64,000 nt of DNA from Candidatus Micrarchaeia archaeon (GTDB lineage Archaea > Micrarchaeota > Micrarchaeia > Anstonellales > Bilamarchaeaceae), in contig JBAZFC010000001.1 in the NCBI GenBank assembly GCA_041653635.1, positions 902,969-966,968 on the forward strand. Reading direction: 5' to 3'. Positions 44,919 to 54,496 of the stretch are shown one piece after another. The translations under genes and the position numbers were made by a program. Position 1 is the first letter of the stretch; each line of letters opens with the position of its first letter. A model generated the notes under the pieces. The model saw nothing but the letters and a program-made list of their open reading frames with translations. It did no database searches and was not told the DNA's origin.

Positions 44919-47048
44919 CTAATGCTTTTTGAGAATCTCTTCAGCTATTATTTTCCCGCCCTCCTTGCTGAGATGCCTATTATCGTTCCCGCACATCGGG
45001 TCAAGGATGCATTTGGGGCAGCCCTTTTCGCAGGAGCACTTTTCCAATCTATCTAATGCCATTCTAGTGACGGATTCAAATTTCCCATAAACTATGTGGG
45101 TAATTCCGTTTCCATCCGGCACCCCATCATATACGTACATCCTTCCGGTGGGATAAGAGATGCCCCCGATTTCCTTGGGGTCCGCGCCCGTGATTGCGGG
45201 CATCATGGAAATGGAAACATGCTCAAAGGCGTGCAAGCCGTCACCGAAATTGGGAATTATGGGCACCAAATCGTCCGCATCCAGCCAGATTGCGAATGTA
45301 TCAAACTCATAAATGTACGGCGTCTCAAAGTGGTGCTCGCCCAACTTCGTGCTGGAATACGCATCCTTTATCGCAAATCCATAGACCGTGTCTACGATGT
45401 GGACTTTTCCAAAGGATAATGGATGCCCGAGGCAATCCCTTGTTTCTATTTGTTCTACTACTTCTGCTTCCTTAGTCCGTAATGCATGCGTGTATTCTTC
45501 CACTTTCCTTCCAAGCGGCTCAACAGTCGCAATTTTATTTTCCAAATCTAATTTCTGGGACATGAATGCCCTTCCGCCATGCAGATAGATGGCGCCCTCA
45601 AACAGTTCGCTTATCGCCATGTGGGAGTCCCGCTCGCCGATGAATTTATCGCGGGAGGAATCATAGATGCGCACGGACTCGCCTATGCTGCGTATGTTCA
45701 TGGTGCGGACCCGCTTCGCCCCTTCTTTTGTTATGCTGATGAGCGAGCCCCATTTTTTCACAAGCTCTTCCTCCTCCAAAGAAGCGAGGATTGGCGTAAG
45801 GGTTTCATCTATTTCCTCCGGGGAATACATCATGTCCTTCGCCGCGGACAAGATGTGCATCCTCCTTATCTTCTCATTCTTCGGATTCACAAAACAGTTT
45901 TCCGGGTCCCCATATAGATACTGGTCGGGATTTTCCACATAATACTGGTCAAGGGGGTTTTCCTTAGCAACGAATACTCCGTATGCCTGCTGGCCCTTCC
46001 TTCCTGAGCGCCCCAATCTTTGTTTTACCCTGGTTACAGTGCCGGGAAAGCCCGCGAGTATGACGACGTCCGTGTCCCCGATGTCCATCCCCAGTTCCAA
46101 TGCGGACGTGCTGGCGAGAAATCTAATCTTCCCTTCCTTGAACCTCTTTTCCACGCCCCTCCTTTCCTCCTGGGAAAGCCCGGAGCGATAAACGCCCAAA
46201 TCAAGGTTCATCCCATCCGCGATGATTCCCATCCTTTCCACGGTGGAATGCGAGTTACCGAAGATGAGCGCCTTCTTCCCTATCTCCTGTGCGACCTTGA
46301 GAGAAGCAACGAGATAGCTGTCCTCCGGATTAATTATGAAATGGTGGAATTCGGAGCGGGGGGAAGAAGTGCCCTCCACCAATTCAAATTTTTCGCCCAC
46401 CAATTCTTCCGCAAATTCCTTTGCATTTCCCACCGTTGCGGATGTGGCGATGAATTGGATATCCCTATGGTACCTCTTGCGCATGAGGCGCTTGAGGCGC
46501 CAAAGGATGTTGTATACGTGAGAACCAAGCACCCCGCTATATATGTGGATTTCATCCAGCACCACATATTTCAGTTTTTCAAAATATGAGGTAAAGAGGC
46601 GGTTGTGCAACAAAATGAAGTGGAGCATGTCCACATTGGAGATGAGTATCTGCGGGGGATTTGCGCGTATTTTCTCCCTTGAGTTCTGGGAAGTGTCTCC
46701 GTCGTAGGTCTCGGTGCGCACCCCGTAGATGCTGAATTCGCGCAAACGGTCAAGCTGGTCCCGCGCGAGCGCCTTGGTCGGATAAAGGAGGAGGGTGTTT
46801 TCCCCTTTCAGCGCCCCCTCCACCGCGGGCACAATGAATACCTCGCTCTTCCCTCCTGCGGTGGGCGCAACCACCACGACATTCTTCCCTTTCTTCACCA
46901 ATTCTATCCCCTTTGCCTGGTGCTCGTACAATTTCTTTATGCCCCTGCCCCCAAACACCCCTTTTATGAACGGCTGTAGGGAGTGGTCCGAGAAAACGGG
47001 CCTGCGCGCGGGCTCCACGCGCTCAATCGGCGAAAAATCCTCCAGCAT
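44919..47048 (-). CDS. DEAD/DEAH-box helicase with C-terminal DUF1998 (MrfA/YprA-like)
   Basis: 'APTAGGKS', 'VLDEIHIYSG', 'SATV' and 'RLGRSGRKGQ' helicase motifs. The C-terminal 4-Cys cluster 'CSCEKGCPKCILDPMCGNDN' is typical of DUF1998. Confidence 0.85.
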   Translation of the reverse strand: MLEDFSPIERVEPARRPVFSDHSLQPFIKGVFGGRGIKKLYEHQAKGIELVKKGKNVVVVAPTAGGKSEVFIVPAVEGALKGENTLLLYPTKALARDQLDRLREFSIYGVRTETYDGDTSQNSREKIRANPPQILISNVDMLHFILLHNRLFTSYFEKLKYVVLDEIHIYSGVLGSHVYNILWRLKRLMRKRYHRDIQFIATSATVGNAKEFAEELVGEKFELVEGTSSPRSEFHHFIINPEDSYLVASLKVAQEIGKKALIFGNSHSTVERMGIIADGMNLDLGVYRSGLSQEERRGVEKRFKEGKIRFLASTSALELGMDIGDTDVVILAGFPGTVTRVKQRLGRSGRKGQQAYGVFVAKENPLDQYYVENPDQYLYGDPENCFVNPKNEKIRRMHILSAAKDMMYSPEEIDETLTPILASLEEEELVKKWGSLISITKEGAKRVRTMNIRSIGESVRIYDSSRDKFIGERDSHMAISELFEGAIYLHGGRAFMSQKLDLENKIATVEPLGRKVEEYTHALRTKEAEVVEQIETRDCLGHPLSFGKVHIVDTVYGFAIKDAYSSTKLGEHHFETPYIYEFDTFAIWLDADDLVPIIPNFGDGLHAFEHVSISMMPAITGADPKEIGGISYPTGRMYVYDGVPDGNGITHIVYGKFESVTRMALDRLEKCSCEKGCPKCILDPMCGNDNRHLSKEGGKIIAEEILKKH

Positions 47049-47052
47049 CTGC

Positions 47053-47631
47053 TCAACTTAATTCGGAACCCGGCTCCTTGCCGAGCGTTTTTATTATCCT
47101 TGCCATCTCGTCCGCGTTCTTATCCACAATCTTCCTCGCGGAACCCGTGTTTATCCTCTCGCGGTAGAAATGGTACTCATACACCGCCTTCTTGATTCCT
47201 TCCTCTATCCCTAATTTATTTATCCAGAAAGGCAGCATCCGGGTGAGAAAACCCTGCGGGGTGAGTATGAAAAGCTTGTCCGAATCCCAGAGCACCGCGC
47301 CCTCCCTGCTCCGGTTCCTGTTTTCCTTGTCGTGGAAATGAATTGCCTCCGCGACCGCATCCGCGAATGCGCCCTTTATCCCTATGGAAAGGAGGAATTC
47401 CCTCGCCTTGCATGCGCCCGTGGTCCCGTGGTCGCCCGGCTCCGCCTTGCAGATGTCGTGGAGAAGCGCGGCAACCTCGCACACATCCCTGTCCGCGCCT
47501 TCCTTTTCCGCGAAGAATACTGCGGTGCGCGCAACATGCTCAAGGTGGTCGAACCCGTGGTGCGGGTCGTTCTTCTCCACGCATCTTTTGGAGAAAGCGG
47601 TTATCTTTTCCCTCTGTTCCCTGGTGAGCAT
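47053..47631 (-). CDS. HD-domain phosphohydrolase
   Basis: 'HGFDHLEHV' and 'ALLHDICK' (H...HD...D). Start chosen at MLTREQ; the ORF is open to 47853. It lies 4 nt upstream of the helicase start. Confidence 0.7.
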   Translation of the reverse strand: MLTREQREKITAFSKRCVEKNDPHHGFDHLEHVARTAVFFAEKEGADRDVCEVAALLHDICKAEPGDHGTTGACKAREFLLSIGIKGAFADAVAEAIHFHDKENRNRSREGAVLWDSDKLFILTPQGFLTRMLPFWINKLGIEEGIKKAVYEYHFYRERINTGSARKIVDKNADEMARIIKTLGKEPGSELS

Positions 47632-47639
47632 TTTGCACC

Positions 47640-49289
47640 TCAGCAGGAGAATACGAAGCGCAGCGGCTTTTTGGAATCCAGCCTGCAGAACCCGTATCTC
47701 TCGAATTGGACTATTTCCCCTTCCTTGAGCGAATGGACGGATTTCTCGCAAAGTCCCGTGTCTATGCCCATGCTGGAGGGATTGTATTCCCCTGAGGCGG
47801 TGAGGAGGTCGCCTGGCCTGAGCACCTCGCACTGGAGCCCGCCGGAAACCCACTGGATTTTCTTTCCCTTCATTATCTCCTCGCCGGCATATGAGGCGGA
47901 GATTTCCTTCCCCTTCTTCTCAATTTTCACATTATAGAGGTCCTTGAGGCGTATGGTTTCCCCGATTTCAAGGGATTCCGCATCAGAGGCGCTTATCCAC
48001 GCCTCGTTTTCCGCTTCCATTTCCCGCAGCTTCTTTTTCTTGCCGCCCTTTATCTTAATCTTCACCGGATTGGAGACGAAGAAGTAATGGGGCGCCACCG
48101 GGTCCAGGATTTTCCTGTTTTCCGAGAGGAGTTTCTCCCACGATGGCTCGCTCTCCACCTTTGAGAAGCCGAACGAGAGGACGAATGTGCGGATTGCGGC
48201 GGGAAGAATGCCCCTCCTGCGCAGCGCCATCAGCGTGGGCAGGCGCGGGTCGTCCCATCCGCTCACCTTTCCATCCTTTACGAGGGGCGTAATCAGCCTC
48301 TTGCTAATGGGAGCATTCCTTATGGAGAGCCGGGAGAACTCCATGAGCACCGGCTCGCGCATGCTGAATTCCCTGAGTATGGCGTAGTAAAGTTCGTTCC
48401 TTAGCTCATACTCCTTTGTGCGGAATGCGTGCGTCACTCCTTCAAGGGAATCCAGGATGGGCGCCCCGAAATCATAAGAGGGCCACACGCGGTATTTGGT
48501 CCCCTGCCGATAATGCGGGGATTCTATTATCCTCATAAGGGTTGGGTCCCTCATCACCGTATTCAGGGCGGAAAGGTCGCCCTTGTACCTCACTATTGCT
48601 TCCCCCCCGCCATACTCTCCTTTGAGCATGGAATTGAAGCGGGAGAGGTTTTCCTCCGGGGAAAGCTTCCTGCATGCGCAGGGCCTCGCCTGTTCCCTTC
48701 CCTTGCTTACATCTTCTGCCTTGCACGTGCATACGTACGCCTTTCCGTTCTCCATCAGCGTTTTCGCATACTCGTAGAATGTGGGCATGTAATCGGAAGT
48801 GTAGGTTTCCTTGGGCAAGGGGATGCCCAGCCAAGACAATCCATCTTTTATCGCATCCACGTATTCCGCGGACTCCTTTTCAGGGTTTGTGTCGTCAAAG
48901 CGAAGGAGCATCTTCCCCCCGTACTGCTTCGCGACCTCGTAGTCTATGAATGCTGCCTTCGCGTGCCCTATGTGCGGGTAACCGGAGGGCTCCGGTGGGA
49001 ACCTTGTTACAACCGTCCCCTGCATCGCGCCCGGGATTTCAAATCCGGATTTCTCTTCCTTCTTTTCCTCCTTGGGAAGCTTTGAGAACTCCTTTTCCAA
49101 TTTCTCTTTCTGGAGCGCATTTATTTCCTTACAAACCTCTGTGATTGCCTTCATGAGGGATTTCATGTCCTTCTTGGATTCGGGAAATTCGTTTATCACT
49201 TTACCTACAATGTTCCCAGGATTTGCCTTCCCGTACTCATGGGCGTTGCGGACTGCGTGCTTTCTAATGGATGAGTCTAAAGAATTCAT
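47640..49289 (-). CDS. gltX: glutamyl-tRNA synthetase (archaeal/eukaryotic type)
   Basis: 'RFPPEPSGYPHIGHAKAA' (HIGH) and 'LLRFDDTNP', with KMSKS-equivalent region 'PISKRL' and ~550-aa length. Confidence 0.9.
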   Translation of the reverse strand: MNSLDSSIRKHAVRNAHEYGKANPGNIVGKVINEFPESKKDMKSLMKAITEVCKEINALQKEKLEKEFSKLPKEEKKEEKSGFEIPGAMQGTVVTRFPPEPSGYPHIGHAKAAFIDYEVAKQYGGKMLLRFDDTNPEKESAEYVDAIKDGLSWLGIPLPKETYTSDYMPTFYEYAKTLMENGKAYVCTCKAEDVSKGREQARPCACRKLSPEENLSRFNSMLKGEYGGGEAIVRYKGDLSALNTVMRDPTLMRIIESPHYRQGTKYRVWPSYDFGAPILDSLEGVTHAFRTKEYELRNELYYAILREFSMREPVLMEFSRLSIRNAPISKRLITPLVKDGKVSGWDDPRLPTLMALRRRGILPAAIRTFVLSFGFSKVESEPSWEKLLSENRKILDPVAPHYFFVSNPVKIKIKGGKKKKLREMEAENEAWISASDAESLEIGETIRLKDLYNVKIEKKGKEISASYAGEEIMKGKKIQWVSGGLQCEVLRPGDLLTASGEYNPSSMGIDTGLCEKSVHSLKEGEIVQFERYGFCRLDSKKPLRFVFSC

Positions 49290-49339
49290 GGGGAGATTAG
49301 GGTGGGTAATAATTAAGAAACTACGGGAGATAGGATATT

Positions 49340-50479
49340 ATGCTGCTTCTGGTTGCCGGCATACTTTTAGGCATGCTTGCCGGGCTGGTCCCCGGGCTGC
49401 ACTCAAACACCATAGCTTCCGCGCTCACAGGCATGGGCATTTCCGGGCAGGATGCGGCTGTGCTCATAATCTCCATGTTCGGGGCGCACATAATGTTCTC
49501 TTTTGTTCCCTCTATCTTCTTGGGAATTCCGGACGAGGCGGTTGCGGTTTCCGCGCTCCCTGGGCAGCGGATGGCGAAGGATGGAAAGGGGGTGGATGCG
49601 CTGAGGATAATGTGCGGCTCCGCGCTGATTGCGGTCATTTTGGCTGTGGCGCTGCTTCCGCTCTCGGAGGCGCTTTACCCAGTTGTTTTCTCATTAATTA
49701 GCCCGTATGTGCCGCACATTTTGATATTGCTATCGTTGGTGCTTGTTCTTAGGAGCAAGAATCCGCTGATGTTTGCAGCTGTATTCATTCTTTCTGGAAT
49801 TCTTGGCGGTGCTGCCCTTGGATTCGGGATGGAGGACCCCTTCCTCCCGCTTTTTGGGGGCATGTTCGCGGTTGCGGGAATGCTCTTCTGGGGCAAGGGG
49901 GCGCTCCCTCAGCAGAAGGAGGGCGTACTGGATTTGGGCTTTTTGAAATTTGCGGGGTTGGGGGTGGTGCTGGGATGGTTCGCGGACCTTCTTCCGGGAA
50001 TCGGCTCCCCTGCGCAAGTGGCATCTTTTGCATCCATAGTCGTGCCTTTCGCAACCCCAACGTATCTTGCATTGGTATCGTCTATTGGGATGAGCGAGGC
50101 GGTGTTCGCATTCGCCACGTCCAGTTCGCTGGGAAAAGCAAGGGTAGGGGCGCTTGCGCAAGCTGCCTCGCAGGTGGATGTGCAGGCAAACATGGTGATG
50201 CTGCTTTCCGCATTCGTGGTTGCGGTCGCGGTTTCCGCCGTGATTATCTATCTGGCGAGGAAATGGATTGGAAGGATTGCGGAACTGGATTTCTCCATTT
50301 TGAATAAGATGCTTATTGCTTACATAATACTGCTCACATTCCTGGTGGATGGGATTCCGGGAATCGTGGTGCTCGCGCCCTCGATTGCGGTTGGAGTGGG
50401 ATGCATCAGACTGGATGTGGAGAGGACGGGGGTGATGGGCGCGATAATAGTGCCCACGATAATTTTGCTGCTTACATGA
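49340..50479 (+). CDS. polytopic membrane protein (DUF112/TctA-like)
   Basis: 379 aa with ~10 TM segments. The N-terminal 'GLVPGLHSNT' resembles archaeal DUF112 proteins. The family call is tentative. Confidence 0.5.
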   Translation: MLLLVAGILLGMLAGLVPGLHSNTIASALTGMGISGQDAAVLIISMFGAHIMFSFVPSIFLGIPDEAVAVSALPGQRMAKDGKGVDALRIMCGSALIAVILAVALLPLSEALYPVVFSLISPYVPHILILLSLVLVLRSKNPLMFAAVFILSGILGGAALGFGMEDPFLPLFGGMFAVAGMLFWGKGALPQQKEGVLDLGFLKFAGLGVVLGWFADLLPGIGSPAQVASFASIVVPFATPTYLALVSSIGMSEAVFAFATSSSLGKARVGALAQAASQVDVQANMVMLLSAFVVAVAVSAVIIYLARKWIGRIAELDFSILNKMLIAYIILLTFLVDGIPGIVVLAPSIAVGVGCIRLDVERTGVMGAIIVPTIILLLT

Positions 50480-50535
50480 ATAGGGTAAAGTAGAAAAGAA
50501 AAATAAGAAAAATAAAAAAGAAAGGAAAAAGGAAT

Positions 50536-50853
50536 TCAGCCGAAGAGGGACGCGAGGCCTTCCGCCGCCTGCTCTTCCTTCTTCTCTGCGCTTTCCTCTT
50601 CCTTCTTCTCCTCTTTCTTTGCCGCGCCGGCTGCCGGGGCTGCCGCCGCAGGGGCCGCAGCTGCGAAGGACACGTTCTTCAAGAGGTCCTCAAAGTTCAC
50701 GCCCTTCACCGCATCCGCCAGCACCTTGCACTTGGCCTCGTCGGCCTCGGCGCCTACGGACTTCAGGACCGAGGCGATGTGCGCCGCGGTCACTTCCTTC
50801 CCAGAGCCATGCAGGAGAAGCACGGCATGCAAATACGGGTCTATTTTTGTCAT
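50536..50853 (-). CDS. rpl12: 50S ribosomal stalk protein P1 (aL12)
   Basis: 105 aa. Ala-rich hinge and acidic tail ending 'EEQAAEGLASLFG'. Confidence 0.9.
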   Translation of the reverse strand: MTKIDPYLHAVLLLHGSGKEVTAAHIASVLKSVGAEADEAKCKVLADAVKGVNFEDLLKNVSFAAAAPAAAAPAAGAAKKEEKKEEESAEKKEEQAAEGLASLFG

Positions 50854-50865
50854 ATCATTTCACCT

Positions 50866-51723
50866 TCATTTCTTCCCCAAGCCTTCAAGAGCCAACCCCT
50901 GCCTCGTGGCAAGGGTGAGAAGCTGCTCCATTGACTCGGTTGAGTATAAACCGCCGTTTATCCCGGCGCTCCTCCCCTGCGTGTACGCATCCACCAGGAG
51001 CATCTCTATGCTCTGCGGGGAAGGGTACTTCGCATTCACTGAGAGGTTCATCGCATCCACGAGCGAGGAAACGAATTCCGTGGAGAGCGAGGCTGCGGAG
51101 ATGTCCAGCAGGTCCGGGGCATACACAAATTCCCCGTCGTATGCGAGAAGGACGTTCATCCCGACCTCAAAGGGCTTTATGCCCAGTGTCTGGAGCGCCT
51201 TCGCCTTCAGCAGGGTTATCTCCTCGCCTTTCTTCACCACCGTGGAATCCTTATTGACCGCTATTTTTCCGGCTTTAATCTGCACATTCACTCCCGCCGT
51301 CTTCAGTTCGGAAAGCGCGGGGCCCGCCGGAAGGTCCGTTTCTCCCGCAGGGACGATTATGTCCGCGGGTGAAATCTGGCCCGGCTTTGCCGCGACCTGC
51401 AGCTTGTTGCCCCTCACGATCTGGTTGAGGTCGTACGGGGAAAGGCTGGTGAGCACGAGCGCAGCAGGCACATTCATCCTTTCGGAGAGCGCCGCCGGCT
51501 TTCCCGCGCCGTCCAATGCGCGCTTAAGGACAGTGGATTTCGCCACCCTCACGTGCCCGTGTTTCCCTTCCCTCAGCTTCTTCCTCATGGACTGGAGGAG
51601 CTTGTCCGGAAGGTTCCTCAGGTCTATGATTACCAAGTTCGGGTAGGATTTCAGTTCTTTCTGGATTTCGGCGGCCTGCGCCTTCTTTTTCGTTATCGCC
51701 GCCCTTTCTTTAGTTTCAGCCAT
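50866..51723 (-). CDS. rpl10: 50S ribosomal protein uL10 (P0)
   Basis: Gene order L1-P0-P1. 'VIIDLRNLP' and 'LRE..H.RVAK.TV..RAL' motifs. ATG preceded by AGGTG at a 6-nt spacing. Confidence 0.9.
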   Translation of the reverse strand: MAETKERAAITKKKAQAAEIQKELKSYPNLVIIDLRNLPDKLLQSMRKKLREGKHGHVRVAKSTVLKRALDGAGKPAALSERMNVPAALVLTSLSPYDLNQIVRGNKLQVAAKPGQISPADIIVPAGETDLPAGPALSELKTAGVNVQIKAGKIAVNKDSTVVKKGEEITLLKAKALQTLGIKPFEVGMNVLLAYDGEFVYAPDLLDISAASLSTEFVSSLVDAMNLSVNAKYPSPQSIEMLLVDAYTQGRSAGINGGLYSTESMEQLLTLATRQGLALEGLGKK

Positions 51724-51733
51724 GATGAACACC

Positions 51734-52372
51734 TTACAGGACAACCTTCACGGGCTTGCCCATCGTGAGCTTGACATAAATGTCCTTCACGTTCGGCTGC
51801 CCCACCTTCTTGGTGACCGCTTCAAAGACCGCGTCTATGTTCTCCAGTATTTTCGCCGGTTCCATCTGCTCGCTTCCTACGAGCACGTGCGCGACCGGGA
51901 GGTATTTGCCTTTTGAGATTATCCTCACCGACCTCTTTGTCCTCTCTATTGAATCCTTCATGTTGCCTATTAGCGGCTTCGGGATTTTGCCCCTCGGGCC
52001 GAGGTACTGGCCGATTGATTTGGCGACGTTACCCATCTGGTTGGGCTGCGCCAGGAAAACGGACTTGTTCGTGAGCGCCTTGAGCTTCGCGAGGTCCGCG
52101 CCGAGCACGGGAAGCTCCGTTGGCAGGATTGTGCCGTCCGCCCCGGACCTTTTCGCCTCCGCGCAGAAGTTTTCGTCGCCGATTACGACGACCGAGGGCT
52201 CCTTGCCCCCCTTTCCGTTGGGGAGCGGGATGTCCAGGTTCAGCCTCTGCTCGGGCTTTGTGAAGTCCACGCCGCGGAAGTTCATGACGAATTCCACGGA
52301 CTGGACGAACTTTTTCTTTCCCTTGTCTTCCAGCGCCTTGCTTATGGCGTCTAAGAGCTTCTTCTTGTCCAT
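51734..52372 (-). CDS. rpl1: 50S ribosomal protein uL1
   Basis: 'FVQSVEFVMNFRGVDF...QRLNLDIPLPNG' and 'LGPRGKIPKP'. ATG preceded by GGAGGGTG. The ORF-track N-terminal extension is rejected. Confidence 0.9.
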   Translation of the reverse strand: MDKKKLLDAISKALEDKGKKKFVQSVEFVMNFRGVDFTKPEQRLNLDIPLPNGKGGKEPSVVVIGDENFCAEAKRSGADGTILPTELPVLGADLAKLKALTNKSVFLAQPNQMGNVAKSIGQYLGPRGKIPKPLIGNMKDSIERTKRSVRIISKGKYLPVAHVLVGSEQMEPAKILENIDAVFEAVTKKVGQPNVKDIYVKLTMGKPVKVVL

Positions 52373-52463
52373 AGATACACACCCTCCTGCTGAAAGCAGT
52401 ACGTGCGGGTAGAAATCGTATTGCGACTCTACGAAGATAATGTTGGGAGGAAATGTTTTTAAA

Positions 52464-52925
52464 TCACTGCCCTGCGCCCGCTTCCCGGGCAAGTTTATCC
52501 CGTACATCCTCCGGCAGCCAGCGCGAGTAGGTTTGTATGAACGTCTTCCCCTCCAGCCACTCATTAGGATGGACCGCTTTCATAGTTATATCTTCATGCC
52601 ATCTTTTCGCCGCACGCGCGAACGCGTCGCGGGATTCGGGGAATATCATCGCCATCTTTCCCAACGCGTTGAGGGCGGCAAAGCTCTTTTCCGGGTCCGC
52701 GGGGCAGTGCATGTCCTCCAGGACTGCGACCTTCACCGGAATGGGAAACCTTGCGGCTGCATGCGCGAACATGATGTTTGCAACCATGACGTCCTGCCCC
52801 CCGTTGCTGCCGGACCTCACAACACCTTTCCTGTCCGTGCGCAGGTGCCTTTCGAACGCGCTTATCCTGGCGGCGGCAACCCTCGCACTCACGGTGGTTT
52901 TATGTGTCATGGAAGTATTATTCAT
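52464..52925 (-). CDS. hypothetical protein (occupies the position where uL11 usually sits)
   Basis: 153-aa ORF upstream of rpl1. The sequence does not resemble uL11 and no motif is recognised. Confidence 0.4.
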   Translation of the reverse strand: MNNTSMTHKTTVSARVAAARISAFERHLRTDRKGVVRSGSNGGQDVMVANIMFAHAAARFPIPVKVAVLEDMHCPADPEKSFAALNALGKMAMIFPESRDAFARAAKRWHEDITMKAVHPNEWLEGKTFIQTYSRWLPEDVRDKLAREAGAGQ

Positions 52926-53013
52926 GGAAGTTGTTTAAAATGTTTTCTTGTCAGGGAAGATAAAAACAAGAAAAAGGAAAGGGGGCTTTTGCACCCCCTT
53001 GTCTAACCTAAAT

Positions 53014-54414
53014 CTACTTCCTGAAGAAGAGGAAGTATACGACCGCGCCCGCAAGGACGATTGTCGTCCCCACGAAAACTATGCCGAGGTCGCCGAGCCC
53101 TCCGGTCGTGGCTGGCTGGGCAGGCTGCTCCGGCTGCACCGGCTGCTCCGCCTGGCAGAATGCCGTGCCCGCGGACTCTACGCAATCGTTGTGCGTCGGG
53201 CACTGCAAAAGCAATTGCCACTGGCCACCAGTGCACGTATACACATTATTGGAGACGCAGTTGCGCTGGCCGTCCGTGCATACCGGAGTTGCCACGCAGG
53301 CACCGTTGTCGCAGGTGTGGCCCGCCCCGCAGCTTATGGGGTCAGAGAGGTGCCCGTTTGAGCATTCCCTGTACGAGGTCGCATCCACGCATGCGGTCGT
53401 CCCCTCCCCGCATTCGGCGCATTGGGAGTTGAGGCATCCCTGCGCGCATTGGAGATAATCCGCATATACATCATTGTCGCCGCACTGCTGAACCATGTTC
53501 GCATTGGTTGGCGAGCATCTCTTTATGCCCGGGGTGGCGCACTGGTCCCCGGTCGGCGCATGGCAGGAGCCGCCCGTGCATACCTCCCCGCTCGGGCAGG
53601 TTGTGAAGCTGCCCCACTGGCCGTCGCTGTTGCAGGTCTGGTAGTGGGTGGAATCCGTGCACTGTTTGCTTCCCGTGCCGCACTGCACGCACATCCCGTA
53701 GGCGCAGCCGCTTGAGCAGTACAGGTAGTCTTTCCAGTAGCCGCCGCTGCAGCGCTGGAGCTCATACATGCTGCCCGTGGAGCAGCGAGACTGGCCGCTA
53801 ATCTGGCACGCGCCGTGCGAGCTCTGCACGCAGTCCCCGCTGTCGCAGAGGTAGCCGCTGCCGCAGCTCCTCTTGGGGCCCCATTCGCCGTCCGAGTCAC
53901 AGGTCTGGTAATGGGTGTCGTCGTAGCACTGGGTGTCCCCACGGCGGCAGTCCTTGCACGCGCCGTTGCTGCACCCGTAGCTGCAGTGGCGCCAGTTAGC
54001 CCACTGGCCCTGCTGGTTGCACTGTTGTATTTCATTTCCATCTGTTGGAGAGCAGCGCTTTTCCTGGTAGGAACACTGCGGGACCGGAGTGCATGTGCCT
54101 CCGGAACAAGTCTGCCCCGAACCGCAGTATTGCGTCGGGTTCCAGATCGCATGGTCGCCGCAGACATGGTAGCTTGTGCTGTCCAGGCACTCGGAGGTGC
54201 CGGGCTGGCAGCCGAGGCGCGTCTCGCACGTGCCGTCTATGCACTCCTGGTCCGTGCCGCAGTACTGGGTTTCGCCCCACACCGCGTACTCCGTGCATTC
54301 ATGGTAACTCGTGCTGTCCACGCACTCCGAGTTCCCCGGGTTGCATCCCAGCTGCGCGAAGGCAGGCGAGAGCAACATCCCAAATATCAAGAATAAGCCA
54401 ATCAGGTATCTCAT
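53014..54414 (-). CDS. secreted, C-terminally anchored protein built from nine tandem 6-Cys modules
   Basis: Signal peptide 'LSPAFAQLGC'. About 9 modules of ~42-47 aa follow C-x5-6-C-x8-10-C-x9-13-C-x4-5-C-x4-5-C (e.g. 'CNPGNSECVDSTSYHECTEYAVWGETQYCGTDQECIDGTC'). A Q/P linker and a TM helix plus 'FFRK' follow. Confidence 0.75.
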   Translation of the reverse strand: MRYLIGLFLIFGMLLSPAFAQLGCNPGNSECVDSTSYHECTEYAVWGETQYCGTDQECIDGTCETRLGCQPGTSECLDSTSYHVCGDHAIWNPTQYCGSGQTCSGGTCTPVPQCSYQEKRCSPTDGNEIQQCNQQGQWANWRHCSYGCSNGACKDCRRGDTQCYDDTHYQTCDSDGEWGPKRSCGSGYLCDSGDCVQSSHGACQISGQSRCSTGSMYELQRCSGGYWKDYLYCSSGCAYGMCVQCGTGSKQCTDSTHYQTCNSDGQWGSFTTCPSGEVCTGGSCHAPTGDQCATPGIKRCSPTNANMVQQCGDNDVYADYLQCAQGCLNSQCAECGEGTTACVDATSYRECSNGHLSDPISCGAGHTCDNGACVATPVCTDGQRNCVSNNVYTCTGGQWQLLLQCPTHNDCVESAGTAFCQAEQPVQPEQPAQPATTGGLGDLGIVFVGTTIVLAGAVVYFLFFRK

Positions 54415-54487
54415 AATTTTCCCCGGGAAGGGAATGGAAGATAAGATATATAAGGATTAGGAATTTGGGAAGACGAAAGGGAAAGAG

Positions 54488-54496
54488 TTTAATTAA
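54488..54496 (+). promoter_or_regulatory. TATA-box-like element possibly driving a long tRNA-Leu leader transcript
   Basis: TTTAATTAA lies ~235 nt upstream of the tRNA. No TATA-like element is seen at -25/-30 relative to the mature tRNA 5' end. Confidence 0.25.
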
